Part shown: piece after piece, positions 1 through 64,000 of the stretch
Position numbering within the stretch: the stretch's first letter is position 1
Layout: each line of letters opens with the position of its first letter
The notes under the pieces: generated by a model
The model's input: only the letters and a program-made list of their open reading frames with translations
Databases searched by the model: none
What the model was told of the DNA's origin: nothing
Program-made: the position numbers and the translations under genes
Assembly (NCBI RefSeq): GCF_037042905.1
Contig: NC_087252.1
Span: forward strand, 19,718,001-19,782,000
Length of the DNA stretch: 64,000 bases
Direction of reading: 5' to 3'
DNA from: Lytechinus pictus
Taxonomy: Eukaryota

Positions 1-480
1 GTTGAAATGGTACCGACTGCTCAATTCTCAATGTGCTGTAGTGACCATTATCCTGGCTGCTGAACACCAGTGATTGAACAGCATGATGCCAAGCATCATC
101 TGTCAATATCTTTCCGACCATTAATTAAATTAAGCAAATTTACTGGTTTAGTAGTTAATGACAAATTAATTTCAACCCCTAGAATTCTGACACATTCAGA
201 ATTACCAATTAACTAATGAACATGGGCATGTAAATAGTGTCTACGTTTAGGAGTTTTTGTTCATTCAAGAGTAGGTTCAACTTTATTTCTTATCACTGAT
301 TCATTAATTTCCTGAACACAATATTGTATAACAGCATTGTGAAAACAAGTTGCAGATTTGGGATCTAAAGAAATTAAATTCAACATTATTCTGCCTCAAA
401 GTGTCCCCAAGTAGTTAAAAATACAGTGTGAAAAGTAAAAGTCCCAGTACAAAACCCTGAGGAACACCATTTTGCAACCC
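1..480 (-). mobile_element. Decayed L2/CR1-group LINE reverse transcriptase fragment
   Basis: Minus strand reads LQNGVPQGFVLGLLLFTLYF*LLGDTLRQ (RT motif GVPQGSVLGPLLF) and later RKILTDDAWHHAVQSLVFS. It has stops and deletions and runs off the window edge. Confidence 0.7.
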
Positions 481-1399
481 ATGACCCTTTTTTTAATGGC
501 AACCGACCGCCATTGGTTTTAAAGGCCAGGTCAGTGTGTCAAATGTAGTTCAGATTTTGATTTCTTGATTCTAAAACCCCCAAATAAATAAAACAACTAT
601 CAAAATAGAATCACCCCCTAAAATTGTAATTTTTCAAAATGACAGACAGCTGTCAGGTTGAATTTTTCATGGCAGTAATCTCTTATTAGGCGGTCAAGTT
701 TAGGTCGGTTTACTGTATGAACGTAAGATTTTAATTTCCTAACCCCCAAAATCCCCATATTGCTATTTTCATTTATAGCACAAATCAACCCAAATACTTT
801 TTTTTTCAAACTGCCCACCAGCGGCCACTCTGGATATTTTTATTTTAGTCAATCTCTGTTCAGGAGGTCAAGACCACTTCAACTCATCAAATAGACTTAA
901 GATTTTGATTTCCTTTTCCCCTATAAAACCCATTCTTTATAATATTTTGATCAGCTTTATAACAAAATCCACCCAAAATTTCTCTTCAAAATGTTTGCCG
1001 GCAGCCATTTTAAAGTTTTTAAATACAAATTTCATGGTCAGTATTTTTTCATACAATTAATTGCCCAGAAACAAATCATACATGAATGTAATTAGCAATT
1101 CTATTTCAGCCCATTAACCATTAGCTTTAAAATATAGACATTTGTGACCCTTAAATTTGGAGTTTGAAGTTGGGGCTAATTCAATTCAGCAAATAGATGT
1201 GACATGTCTATTTCTTCAAAACTTTACCCCTAAATCAATATTTCTGTCAGATTTCTGGGCCGAATGGCCCAAAATATTCTCAAAATGGTCTCTTGCTGAA
1301 TTCTCCCAAATTTCACAAACCCTTAGAAAAAATGGCATACTGATAATACTGGCTATTTTTTATAAAATTTTTTAGAGCACAAATGGTCAAAAATGGATC

Positions 1400-3246
1400 T
1401 TTACACTCCACATTCCTCACTTGAACCTGGGAAGCAATTTGCTAGGTTCAAAGGAATGGTTGTGCATCACAGACCATAGGTGGTTAGACAATAGGGTGAC
1501 CCTTTGATTGTGAGCAGAGCCATAAAGGGATTCAGTCGAGTGAAGGAAGCGACATCTTGTTTAGAGTCTCTTTTTGGCGGTTTGAAGAGGGTGATCTTCT
1601 TGCGTTTTTTTCCACCTGTGCTGACACCTCTCTTCTGATGTGTGGATGGGCAATACCACACAGTAGGTAGAGATCATCTGCTCTTGTTTTTGTCGCAGCC
1701 AGTAATTGCTCTGCAAGCAGCATTCAGGGCTGCATCAATCTTTGCAGCATGTGATGACCTAAAAGGGATGGGGACTGCATACTCAGCAGTCAAGTAGCAT
1801 AGAGCAAGAGCTGTCGCACGGATGGTTTTGACATCTGTTCCCATTTTGTGCTGGCAAGCTTCTTCAGGATGCTGTTCCTAGTTCCAACTTTAGCCTTTGT
1901 CTTGGCAACATGTTCTTTTTAGGTAAGGGAACTGTCTAGGGTGACGTCAAGGTAGATTAGCTTACTGTTGTTATCCAACCATTTTGTATATCATCAGACC
2001 CTTAGTTACTGATGGAAAGCAGAGTTGGATTTTCTCTGGATTTGCCCAGAGATGATTTGCAGCATAGTAAGGAGTCAGGCCTACCAGCATGACCAGAGCA
2101 TCGCTGAGTCCTTTTTTTATCTCTTCAAAGGACTAATTATGTGAAGCAATGCAAATGTCATCAGCGTACAGGAAGTTCTCCCTGTACGCTGGATTGGTTG
2201 GTTATTTGTGTAGATGCTAAAGAGTGGGACGATGATGCTTCCTTGTGAGAGACATTTTATGTGTCAGCCATCTGCTACTGGAACCACTGAGATTCACAAA
2301 AACCGCTGATTTGAGAGCATGTTCTGAATCATCTCTGTCAGCTTAAGGTCCTTTATCATCTCAAAGACTTTCCTTGTGAGAATTCAATGATTGTGTCATA
2401 AGCTGCAGTGAGGTCAACAAGGGCTGTTCCTGTTATCAACCCTTTCTCAAAGCCATCTTCAATGTACTGTATCAGATTCAGCAGTTGACTAGTACAAGAC
2501 TTTCCTGGCCTAAATCCTGCCTGTTCCGGAATGAGGAGCTCAACCACCAAGGGAGCAATGTGGTTGACTAGGAGCCTTTCAAAGATCTTGTGTGTGTGAC
2601 AAAGCAGAGATATAGGCCTGTAGCTTTTTTGTGCTAGCAGTTTTTTTGCCTGGCTTGAATAAGGCAACTACCCTTGATTTCCTCCATAAGTTTGGCATTG
2701 TGCTTTCACTCAGACAGTAGTTTAGCTTGTCAAGCATGCCGTTGGGGTGCAACAGGTCCAAGATGTTTCATCTGCTCACAGATCGAGGACATCATCCAAT
2801 CCAGCTCCTTTGCTGATCTTCATTGCTTAAAGCATTGCACAAGTTGTTCATGCTGAAAGGTCTTGTGAATTGAGATGACTCTTAACAAGCTGTCCCCAGA
2901 CTTTGATGTAGGATCTTCACGGTTGATTATGAGGGTTACCTTGGCTGTTCACTAGAAGCTGGTTGGCCACTTGGCCCGCGGTAACTTGGGATCTAGATTG
3001 GGACTTTGTAGAGTCATTCCCAGGGATCCGGATCTGGTGTTTCTGCTGGTCCTGAATATAGTTTGTACGGCATCCTTTTGGAATATTCTTCCTTGATGAT
3101 TTCTTTACCAGCTTCGTAGTGAGTAGGGATTGCAGGGAATTTCTGAAGATATGTATCCAGATCTATGGCAAACTGCTCACAGTTTACTTTCTTCAGGTTG
3201 AAAAGTCTGCAGAAGAGAACTTTGCGAGGAGTGATGTTTACCACGG
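1400..3246 (-). mobile_element. Decayed non-LTR retrotransposon RT region, Ingi/Vingi-like
   Basis: Frameshifted ORFs: WRKSRVVALFKPGK, SYRPISLLCHTHKIFERLL..LIPEQAGFRPGKSCTSQLLNLIQYIEDGF..VDLTAAYDT and LYLLCGIAHPHIRR. RT identity is clear; the clade call is from recalled motif similarity only. Confidence 0.75.
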
Positions 3247-3249
3247 TAT

Positions 3250-4893
3250 CAGGCCATTTGCAACATTGATATTTATCATATGAAATTAAATTAGTTAACC
3301 ACTACCAAAGCAGCAGCAACAAGCATATCAATTTCTAACAACCTACATGTATACTTTGGCGGAAATGAAAGAAAAATCGGACTCTACATATTTTTATTAA
3401 AATTTGTTCTTTTCTGGTGTAAAATGAGTTGTTAACATGACAACAGGTCATCTGCAACATTGATATTTATTAATGAAATCAAGTGTTGCCAAGGGAACAT
3501 CAATGTTTATCATTCTAATGAATTCATGCAGGATACTTACTGTAATCTTGGTTTAAAAATCAAATTAATGGGTCAAGCCCTTCGCATGTACATTAGTTCG
3601 TTTTTACTGTAGATCCCACCATTACCTTTTCCAACATATTATTTTTTACCAAATAAGTTGGTATTTGGTTGCCATGGCAACGGTCTAAGATGGTACTGAC
3701 AGATTTACCAACAAGCATATCAATTTTTAGCAACCTAAACTTAGTGGAAATGAAAGAAAAAAATGTGACTCTACATATTTTTATCAAAATTTGTTCTTTT
3801 TTGGTGTAAAATGAGCCGTTACCATGACAACAGGAAATTTGCAACATTGGCATTTATTAATAAAGCCAAATGTTGCCAAGGGAACATCAATTTTTATCGT
3901 TCAAATGAATTCATCCAGAATTCTTACCGTAAACTTGGTTTAAAAATCAAATTAATGGGTCAAGCCTTTCGCATGTAGATTAGTTCGCTTTTACTGTACA
4001 TCCCACCATTACCTTTTTCAACATTTTATTTTTTACCAATAAGTTGGTATTTGGTTGCCATGGCAACGGTTTAAGATGGTACTTGCACATTAACCAACAG
4101 GCATATTAATTTTTAGCAACCTAAACTTAGTGGAAATGAAAGAAAAAAAATGTGACACTATATATATTTTATCAAAATTTGTTCTTTTCTTAGAAAAAAA
4201 AGATGTTGCCATGGCAACGGGCCATTTGCAATATGGATATCTATTTTTAAATTCAAGCATTGTCAAGGCAACATCAATTCCTTTCATTCCAATAAACTCA
4301 CGCATAACACTTATGTAGTTTTTGTTCTAAATGAGTGGGAAAACTCAACGCATGTAGGTTAAGTCGCTTTTATTGTATTTCCCGCCATTATCTTTTTTAT
4401 TATGTCATTTCTTTTTTTTACCAAAGTAGGTATTATTTGGTTGCCATGGCAACAGAACGAGAGTGTATTAATACATTTAGCAAAAATTACTTGTATGTTT
4501 AACACCCTAATCGCAGGGAAAATGAAACAAAAAACAGATTCTACAACTTTAAATCAAAATTTTTACTTTTCTGGAGGAAAATGAGCCGTTACCATGGCAA
4601 CGGGCCAGTTGGAACTGTTTTGATGATATTGAATATTTTTGAATTTCATTTGCATTTAACTGGAACCTTCAATTCAATCAATTGGCTAATTTATATCATG
4701 TTTATCTACCATTTACATGGGAATACATGTTATTTTTGATAAATTAATCGGTTGCCATGGCAACGGGTGAAGACAGCATTTATAAATTTGGCAACAAGCA
4801 GATTCGTATTCAGCACCCTAAAAATAGGGGGATAAGCACAAAAAATTAGATTCTACAGAAAATTTTTGGAATTCTTACTACTTGCCGCCTACT
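3250..4893. repeat. Degenerate tandem array, about 4 units of about 386 bp, rich in GTTGCCATGGCAAC palindromes
   Basis: GGAAATGAAA anchor recurs at 3361, 3746, 4132 and about 4518. Perfect 14-bp palindromes at 3668, 4054, 4205, 4440 and 4751. Confidence 0.8.
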
Positions 4894-5229
4894 ATAGCGC
4901 GGGATAATGAAGAGGGAGAATTTCGCGCGGGAGTGATCTTCAATGGGGTTGGTCAGCGCTTTGTCGTCATGATAAATATGCAAATTAATTACCCAAATTT
5001 CTTTTATAATTCAAAGTTTTTGTCACAAAATCGTGAATTTATGCAATTAAATAAAGACACTAACAATTTTTGAGGAATTTTGGTAGCTTCAAATTTCGTA
5101 TAGATTTGTAGATATAAAATTAACACGCATAAAAGAATGGATATCTAATGCATATTCATAAGTTTAAAACCCATTTTGTGAATATCAAGTAGGGTGGGAA
5201 AAAGGAAGGACTAGGGTGTGGACTCTGTG

Positions 5230-5461
5230 CATTGGCGGCGGAAGCCAAAAGAATTAGGGGGGGGGGTCCACCTAAAATGTTGGGATGGACACAGGTAAAA
5301 AAAAAAACAGTAAATAAAGGGTATCAACCAAAATTTTCTGACAAAAAAAAAAATGGTTATCAACAAAAATGTATGGAGGGGACCGTCCCCCCACCTCAAA
5401 TTTAGGGGGGACAGTATACCCCCCGTCCCCAACCCCCCCCCCCCCGCTTCCGCCGCCTATG
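5230..5461. mobile_element. Small hAT-like MITE
   Basis: TIR CATTGGCGGCGGAAGC / GCTTCCGCCGCCTATG; flanks ACTCTGTG / ACTCTGCG (8-bp TSD, 1 mismatch). Confidence 0.7.
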
Positions 5462-7828
5462 ACTCTGCGGAGTCCTAAGGTTTAAAAGAATAATTCCAGA
5501 AATTGATCAATTTAGTTCAAGGAACGTTTAAGGATATTTAGGTATTCCATAAAGGTGATCGGGTGACGAAATAGTCAAGTTCGTTGATCTATAATTTGCT
5601 TATTATTTTTTTTTTAATTTAAGCGTACATTCATGGTTCACGGTTCGCTCGATCGCATCATTAAGCAACAATCCAGGGCGTAATATTGTACATCCCTATA
5701 TTGAACTCAAAAACGAAAAAAAAAAAGACACACAAAGAAAGAACATTATTTTTCTTTTCCATAATTATGTTGGAAAATTCCATTACTGCACTTTCATTGT
5801 TCATCTTGCAATGGGGAAAGACTATGAGAACAGTTTCGCAGTTAGAAACAGCAAACTGCACCTGCATGGATACAGGAGGTTGCAATCGATGATCGTCAAA
5901 ATCGAATGCCTTCACATCCATCATTCTTTCTCAATCGCTTCGCTCGCTCGTATATAATATACAAACAAGACTTTCTTTGAAAAAAATGATTAAATTGACA
6001 TCGAGTGCAATAACCGCCCCCATCTCCTGGAAAAATGATTGGAATTAAACTTTGAAGTTTATTGTTGGAAAATCCTTCTAATAAAACATTTTGCAAATTA
6101 AAAAAAAAGTCACCATTTAAAAAAATGTCAACTTGGATAAAAGAGAGTGAGAGAGAACAAAATAAAAATTAGCATAATGCAAAAAGTTTCATCGAAATTG
6201 GATGTAAAATAAAATGTTACGACATTTGTATGTCGCTTATTAAAAAAGGTATATACACAACTCAGTGATATGCAAATGAGAGAGTTGATAATGTCAATAA
6301 TTTTTTTTTGTATTTCGATTTTTCAATAATACAATATTTCTTTTTCGTTGCAGATTTGACAATATTAAAGCAGACACTTAAACTGGCAACTTTACATTTT
6401 CAGGGAGGAATCAAACTATAGTTCACATTATATTCAAGGAGAAAATAAAAATATTTCATATTTCTGTATAATAAAATACAACATAAATACTTAAATAGGC
6501 CTATTGGATGAGTGATGTCATCATTTCCATTTAACGACCAGAGTGTGCATGTAACTGTTCATGTGAAATCTGAAAATAACTTTCCGAGTTTGATGAAATA
6601 TTCAGTATTTTCATTTTATTATTTATTTATTTATTTGTGTATTTATTTATTTATCAATTAATTAATTAATTTATTTATTTATTTATTTATTCATTTATTT
6701 TTGTATTCAGGGCCTCGTCTTATGATTGATCCGATTAACCTTGCCTATGTGGAAATCCATCAATGTCATATTTTTTTCTACATGAAATATTTAAAACTTA
6801 TTTTTGTAAACAAAGAGCACGCTGAACTGTCAAGAAAACAGTGAATATGTAAAATATACATCATTTTGAACAAACATATGCATTTTAGATGTTGACGTTG
6901 CTGGCTTTCCATAGTTGTGGTTGACCGGACCAATCGTAAGTCTTTGTAAGACATGGCCCTGATCAACTATTTATTGAGGTGGACTTGCAGTTTCAATTTG
7001 TAAAATAAACACCGTTCCTGCCCCCCCCCCCCCCCCCACAAAAAATGGGCCCGGGAGGAAAGCTTCAGATTGAATAGTACGATACTCGTTCATGGAGAGC
7101 GCCATCACACTAAATGCATAAATTCATTTTGATGGTTCGTGATGACTTATTTTTGTTTTCTTTTTAGAAACGGGTGTGAAATAATTTGTCTATTGATATA
7201 TACTGAACGTACAGTAAAAACCACTTTCAATTTTCTGAGAAAAAGACATTTCATTTATCTATTTTACCATACGATATGTAGAAAACCTGCTTGCATATGG
7301 CGTCACATGAATCAATGAATAGTTAAAACTAATAACTTTCTTATTCTTTGATGGATTTTTTCTCAAAACTTCGGCAATATTTTTCATTAATGAATTACAC
7401 TAATTTCCGGCACATGACCAAAACTCTCATTTTGATAATACTTCTTTGAAGCTGACTGTAATTACAGTGATCATGATTTTAGAAAGAAAATATTGATTTG
7501 AATAATGGTGTCAACCGGGAATCATGATAACAAGGTGGATACCGACGTACAAATGTGGGGGTGAATTGGGGACCCCTTACGACCAAGAAAAAAAAAAAGG
7601 GGGGGGGGGGAGAAAAGAATGGAAAGGAAAAAAATGAAATAGGCCTGTTATTTTTCTAATTATTGTATTTTCATTTTTCTTTCTAAATAAAGATTTACTT
7701 TCTTCCATTTTCATAAGATTTAATTTCAATATAAATTATACTAACTATAGTTAGTAGTTATTTGTTTGGAAACCCCTACATCATTCCTCTTCTTAACTGG
7801 AGAAGGTAAAAAGAGAGAGAACTGCATG

Positions 7829-9953
7829 CAGCGGCGTAACAGGGGTCGTCGGCCAAGGGGGGGGGGGGGGCAAGAGCAAGAAATTTCCCGGTCATATCAT
7901 GGTATGAACAGGCGTAATGGTGTAATGAGGCGATGATTTGAGAGGGCCAGACATTGCGTATTAAGCAAAATTTATCTTTTTTTTAAAGTTGCATACGAGC
8001 GAAGCGAGCGAGCAAAATTTTTGACATGTTTAATACAAAAATCCAATTTGTGATAGATTTTGACATGATATCCAGAGAATAATATATTTAACTCTTCTCT
8101 ATTTCCAATCCTTTTGTTGTGGTCTGTATGCCACTGTGAACTTGATTCTTTGCGGCAGAAGCGTGAAGAGTAAAAAAACGAGAGGCGCAGTATGGCGCAT
8201 GTGCTAAAAAGCTCCTTATTATAAGTCCCGAGCGAGCGAAGCGAGCGAGAATAAAAATCACATTTTCAAGAGAATTTAACTTTGAGATATTTTTTGACAT
8301 TATACTCAGTAAATAAAATCATATCCTACACTTTTCCTTTGCTTTTCTTTCCTCCTTTTTTTCTTGGTTGTAGAACTTTTGGGGACCATGGCCCAACCCT
8401 TCCATACTCATATACGGCAGTGCTATGCGGTTGGGGTCCGTCTGGAGCCCCCGGAACTTCTTGATATCAAAGACATTTAAACCTCGCAGATTGCCGCTAT
8501 TTTTAATCAAATCGCGGGTATATACAGAATATAGCTTTTACACAACACATTTATTCAACCCAGTTGAACCAAATATTTTGAGGGGGCAAAACATAGCAAT
8601 GTGGGAAAATTTGTAAAAAGTCGCCAGCATGCAAAGCGAGGTGGAAAAAGAAATGCCTATTGAAATTAAATTTTAATTATGTAATAGATATCCATTATAT
8701 TCAGCAAATAATACATTTCATTGTTTCCATTCATTTCATTATACGTTGTCTCCTATAATTTCTTTTATTTCCTCTTGGGTGTGGAACCAAACCCCCCCCC
8801 CCCCGCGCCTGTACGCCAGTGATTGAACCCCGGGGGGGGGGGGGCACTCGACCAAAAAAGTGGTGTGCCGCGGGCGAGACAAAAAACGGGGGCCTTGGAG
8901 CGGGCTTATTGCAAAAAGGAGAGTCCTCGGAACGGGCCTTCGGAACTACAAATGTTTGTGAAAACGGGGTTCCTTGGAACGGATCGCCAGCGTGTGAGTG
9001 CGTATGCATCCCTATGGAACGGGCATGCGTGCATGATGCAGCTATAGCGCGGCCTCCGCCGGGTGCGCTCGCGCAGAGGCGATGGTCGGACAGCGCTCTA
9101 CGGCCGCTTTTCACCAAAATTGCAGCTCATTGTAGCAGATCAATGCGATCGGAACGGCGTAACGAAAAATATGCGAAGCTTTGGAGCGGATTTCTTTCTT
9201 CTTTTTTCTCGATGAGAAGAAAATGCTATGCTTTGGAGCGGCCTTCTTTGTTCTTTTTCTCAATAAGACAAAAATGCTATGCCTTGGAACGGAAATTTGA
9301 GTGAAAGGGGGTCCCCTCCGCGGCACATACCCACTATGCATTATATACTGAGTGCCCCCCCCCCCCCGAGGATTGAACGTAAGGCTTAATGTAGGAAGAG
9401 TCCCTACATGGGGCGTTATAGAGCCATTTGAAGGTTATAGATGAAGAGCCCCTACTGCGTGGGGTCTGGGGCAAAGCCCCGGTAGCTTATTTGCATAAAA
9501 TTTGGCAAGCTTATTTATATAGCACAATGTTGTATGCAGTCCATCTTTTTCCCCCTCTTTATTTTCTATCCTCGGCAGCCCAGTCATGTTATGAAGTTTT
9601 TTTCTTGTCCCTTTTCTTTGTTTTCCAATTTAGCTTTTGACTAATTCAATTCTTCCTTCATTTCCCGCTATTGTTTGCCATTTTTTCATATTTTAATTTA
9701 TTTCCCATCATGCTATTGCATTACATAGGCTTATTTCGGAATGATTTTTTCTTTCTCAAATGTTCTTTCGTTCCTTTTCCCGCTTTCCTTCCTATTCCAT
9801 TAAAATACTGTTCTCTTCTTCGTTTTCTTTTCACTTTTCCCTTTCCCTGTTTTCCCCTTTCCCTTTCTTTCTCCCTCCCTTTTCTTTTCCCGGTGAAATC
9901 CGCCAGGGGGGGGGGGCAGCTTGCCCCCCTGCCCCCCACCTGTTACGCCACTG
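7829..9953. mobile_element. Non-autonomous hAT-like element containing nested insertions
   Basis: TIR CAGCGGCGTAACAGG / CCTGTTACGCCACTG; exact 8-bp TSD ACTGCATG at 7821-7828 and 9954-9961. Confidence 0.8.
8829..9370. mobile_element. MITE with CCCG(G)nCACTC termini, copy 1
   Basis: Exact 8-bp TSD GATTGAAC at 8821-8828 and 9371-9378; near-identical reverse-complement copy at 36093-36633. Confidence 0.9.
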
Positions 9954-11359
9954 ACTGCATGATATAGGGGGTTCCAAACAAATAACTACTAACGTCCAGA
10001 TCTAGACTACGGCCCCTTTTGTAAGCGGTATTAAAAAAGGGATTTTACTATTCATTTGTAATTTTTTATTGAGGTATTTAAAGAGCAGACAATGAAGCTT
10101 CTGGAAATATGCTATTTTCAATTTTGACATTTTAAAGTTTCGCTTATTTTTCACAAAACAATTATAATTCTATGCACAACTCAGTGATATGCAAATGAGA
10201 GGGTCCATGGCGTCCCCCACTCACTATTTCTTTTGTTTTTTGTATTGTTTGAATTACACAATATTTCAGTTTTTACCAATGTGACAAAGGACCAATTTGA
10301 ATGAACCATAAATGTTAAACCAATGGTAATTCTTCATGTTCATGATGTTCAGGTAAGAAAAAAATCTTTGTTTTATAGGGCAATGATGAGAAAATTAGAA
10401 TATTTCATATTTCATATAACTAAATACAAAATAAATGGTGAGTGGCGATGGGTGACATCATGAGTCACATCATTTGCATAACAAACAGGATGTGTATAAT
10501 AACTGTTTTATGAAATTTAGCAAAACTTTAAAATATAATAATTTCTTATTTTACATCCAATTTTGATGACATTTTCAGTGTTATGCTTGTTGGATTTTTC
10601 TCATTTTATTCAAATCAAATTTTTGTTGGGGTGGACTTGTCCTTCAAGGCCTAAATCTGGACAATATTTAAGTACTTTAGAATTGAATAGGATCCCGGAA
10701 TAGGATGCATAATATATTCCTATCAATTAATATGAGCGCAAATCGCGAGCAGAAATTTTTAGTATACTGTCATGAAAAGGGTATTTTATGTAGTTTGTTA
10801 GAATTAATATAGAGGTCTAAACAACCTCCCAATCAAAATGTAAGCGCGCAGCTGATACGTTTTGATAATCAGGCCTGAAAGTGGGAATAATTTTGATAAC
10901 TTTATGGCATACACGAAAAGAATAATGAACTTGACAAATCAAAAAATGCAAGCGCGTGGCGCGTCGATTTTGATTAGCAGACCATATAACGAACTTTTAC
11001 ACGGCAGAGCACTTTTAAAATCAACTATAATGAAGGCTAAGTTATGTTTCGTATGCTAACTTCAAAACTTTACATTTTAAGCTCCAATATGAACCTATTG
11101 AGCAAGATATCTCATCGAACAAGCAATGCAAGCGCGAACGAACATTTTATATAGTGACATCAAATATTTTTTTTCCAAGTCTTCCCCTCAGCTTATTTTA
11201 TTTACTCGCCTTCCTCCTCTGTTTCCCCTTCTTTTCTCCTCTCTTTTCCCAACTTCTTTTTTTCTTCTTTCTTTTCCCCATTTTACCTTTATGCTCCGCC
11301 AATAAGGGGGGGGGGGGGGGGAGGAAGGGAGTGGCCTGGACCCGCCTATGGGTATACAG

Positions 11360-12106
11360 CAGTGGCGTAGCTAGGATTTTTTTCCTGGGGGGGGGCACCA
11401 TTTTTTCCGGTGTGTGTGTGTATGTGTCACAAGGGCGGATCCGACTATCGCCAATAGGGGACGGGGCCCGAAATTATCTTCACCTATATTTTCCCCGATC
11501 AGTCACTTCTTAGTTTTATTCTTATAAAACAACATAAACATAAATAATCTCATAAGCCTTATAAAAAGTTTGAGCGCGAAGCGTGAGCGATTTTTTTTTA
11601 TAACTTTCATGTATTTTGTCCTGAAAATTTAACATTCTGGGGCCTCTGGGCAATGTTATGTATGATCCTGAACAAGATTCGTATGTAACTAGATGATTAC
11701 TGCGAACGCCAAGCGCGAGCAGAAATTTATATTAACTGTTCTAGCATTATCGAAAAGGGACCTGTTAAGGACTGCTTACAGTTACCCACGAAGACGGTAT
11801 ATATTTCAATAATAGGAGCGTGAAGCGCGAGCAAAAAATTTATATAGTAACATGAAAGATTTTTTTTTGCAAGTCTTCCCCTCACATTATTTCATTCACT
11901 CCTCTTCCTCCTCTTATTTTCCTTTTCTTTTTTTCTTGTCTTTCTCCTTCTTTTCTTTTTTTCTTTTTTTCTTTTTCCTTTTTTATTGATCTGCCAATTT
12001 TTTTCAGGGGGGGGGGGCACCTGGGGGGGGGGGGGGCACACCAAATTATAGGGGGGGGGCACGTGCACGTGCACCCAGCCCCCCACCCCCCGTTGCTACG
12101 CCACTG
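11360..12106. mobile_element. hAT-like MITE
   Basis: TIR CAGTGGCGTAGC / GCTACGCCACTG; exact 8-bp TSD GTATACAG at 11352-11359 and 12107-12114. Confidence 0.85.
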
Positions 12107-12269
12107 GTATACAGCTGTATTCTTGCCAGTTTGGATAGTTGTTGTTGTATATTTCTTATAGTCACATAATTATCTGGGGTGAAATAAAAAAAGAGTAAAT
12201 GTATTCCCGGTCGAGTCGTATCTGATGAAATTTAATTAAGTCAGGTTTAGGAAAAAAAATCACTGCGTC

Positions 12270-12962
12270 TAAATGACGTCAGGGCGAGATAATTTACAAT
12301 ATCACCGTCTTTTGTATTCGGGAGACATCTATGATTGTTTACCTCTGATGAAAAGGGGATACGCTCCAATGGCCACGCCCTTGCACCGCAAAGCACCAAC
12401 GTCCCCTATTCATTGAAACCTGATGAAACGGGGCGACACACCGGTGCACCGCTGTCGCACCGGGACGAAATCCAATCGTTTCACTGGTACATTCTTTTCT
12501 TTCATTACAGCTTCGCGTGTAACCAAAATCAATGAAACTTCTCTTTCAAGGAATAAGTGGCGCTATATAAGCATAAGAAGGATTTCTACTTTTAGAATGT
12601 TGATAATTGAATGACATAGGTAGAACATCGCTAGGGGAGATTTCTCTAGCATTGACAGAGAAGTTAGTCAGTTTAATAATACGATAGTTGGAAAAGTTTG
12701 AAGAGCCAACCGGTCGGGAGCTGTCTGCGGAACGCCCATAACTTTCGGAGCGGAAACCACTTGCTTTGCAAAGCCGGTGCAGATCGAGGAGCAAAACATG
12801 TAACAGTTAAAACGGAATTATCAGTTCGTTCAGCGATCGCGACTTGGAATTTATATTTGAGAGCCTAAACAGAAGGAAAACAGACCGGAGCTTTGTCTTT
12901 GCAGACTGTCAGTCTCTGTGCCGAGCGAGGTTTTGTTTTGAAGAAGGAAGAAAAAAGAAAAG
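12270..12962 (+). promoter_or_regulatory. Candidate promoter and 5' UTR of the RTK gene
   Basis: Repeat-poor, CpG-richer stretch directly upstream of the signal-peptide ATG. It holds the CRE palindrome TGACGTCA (12274-12281), CCAAT near 12366 and 12472, TATATAA (12564-12570) and Inr-like TCAGTT (12821). The TSS cannot be fixed from sequence. Confidence 0.4.

Positions 12963-64000
<51,038 letters not shown>

Noticed and set aside
8731..9341. Overlapping GC-rich ORFs (also 36078-36646, 41130-41598, 25183-25446)
   Set aside because: All fall inside TIR/TSD-bounded MITEs and have no recognisable protein motifs.

Overview
AT-rich, repeat-dense eukaryotic (animal) DNA. The repeat landscape resembles an echinoderm such as a sea urchin, but that is inference. 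The ORF track is mostly noise. One long spliced + strand gene can be assembled by hand from 12963 to beyond the window end. It has 17 GT-AG exons (2008 nt, about 669 codons, no in-frame stop) encoding signal peptide - 9 EGF - LDLa - EGF - LDLa - 2 EGF - TM helix with a CCCC cluster - start of an FGFR/RET-like tyrosine kinase (EFPRNRLTLLNKLGSGSFADVYKAEAMGI). This is an orphan receptor tyrosine kinase with an ectodomain unlike the canonical RTK families. It is built from symmetric phase-1 exons and has grown by intragenic tandem duplication: a recent EGF+LDLa copy carries mostly amino-acid-changing differences. A 1.4-kb (ACT)n tract in intron 13 has an in-frame phase-1 acceptor and could be an alternative mucin-like terminal exon. 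The rest is decayed LINEs (L2-like, Vingi-like, Crack/L2-like), tRNA-derived SINEs, many MITEs with visible TIRs/TSDs (some nested, two with empty sites in the duplicate), a Helentron-type element and satellites.
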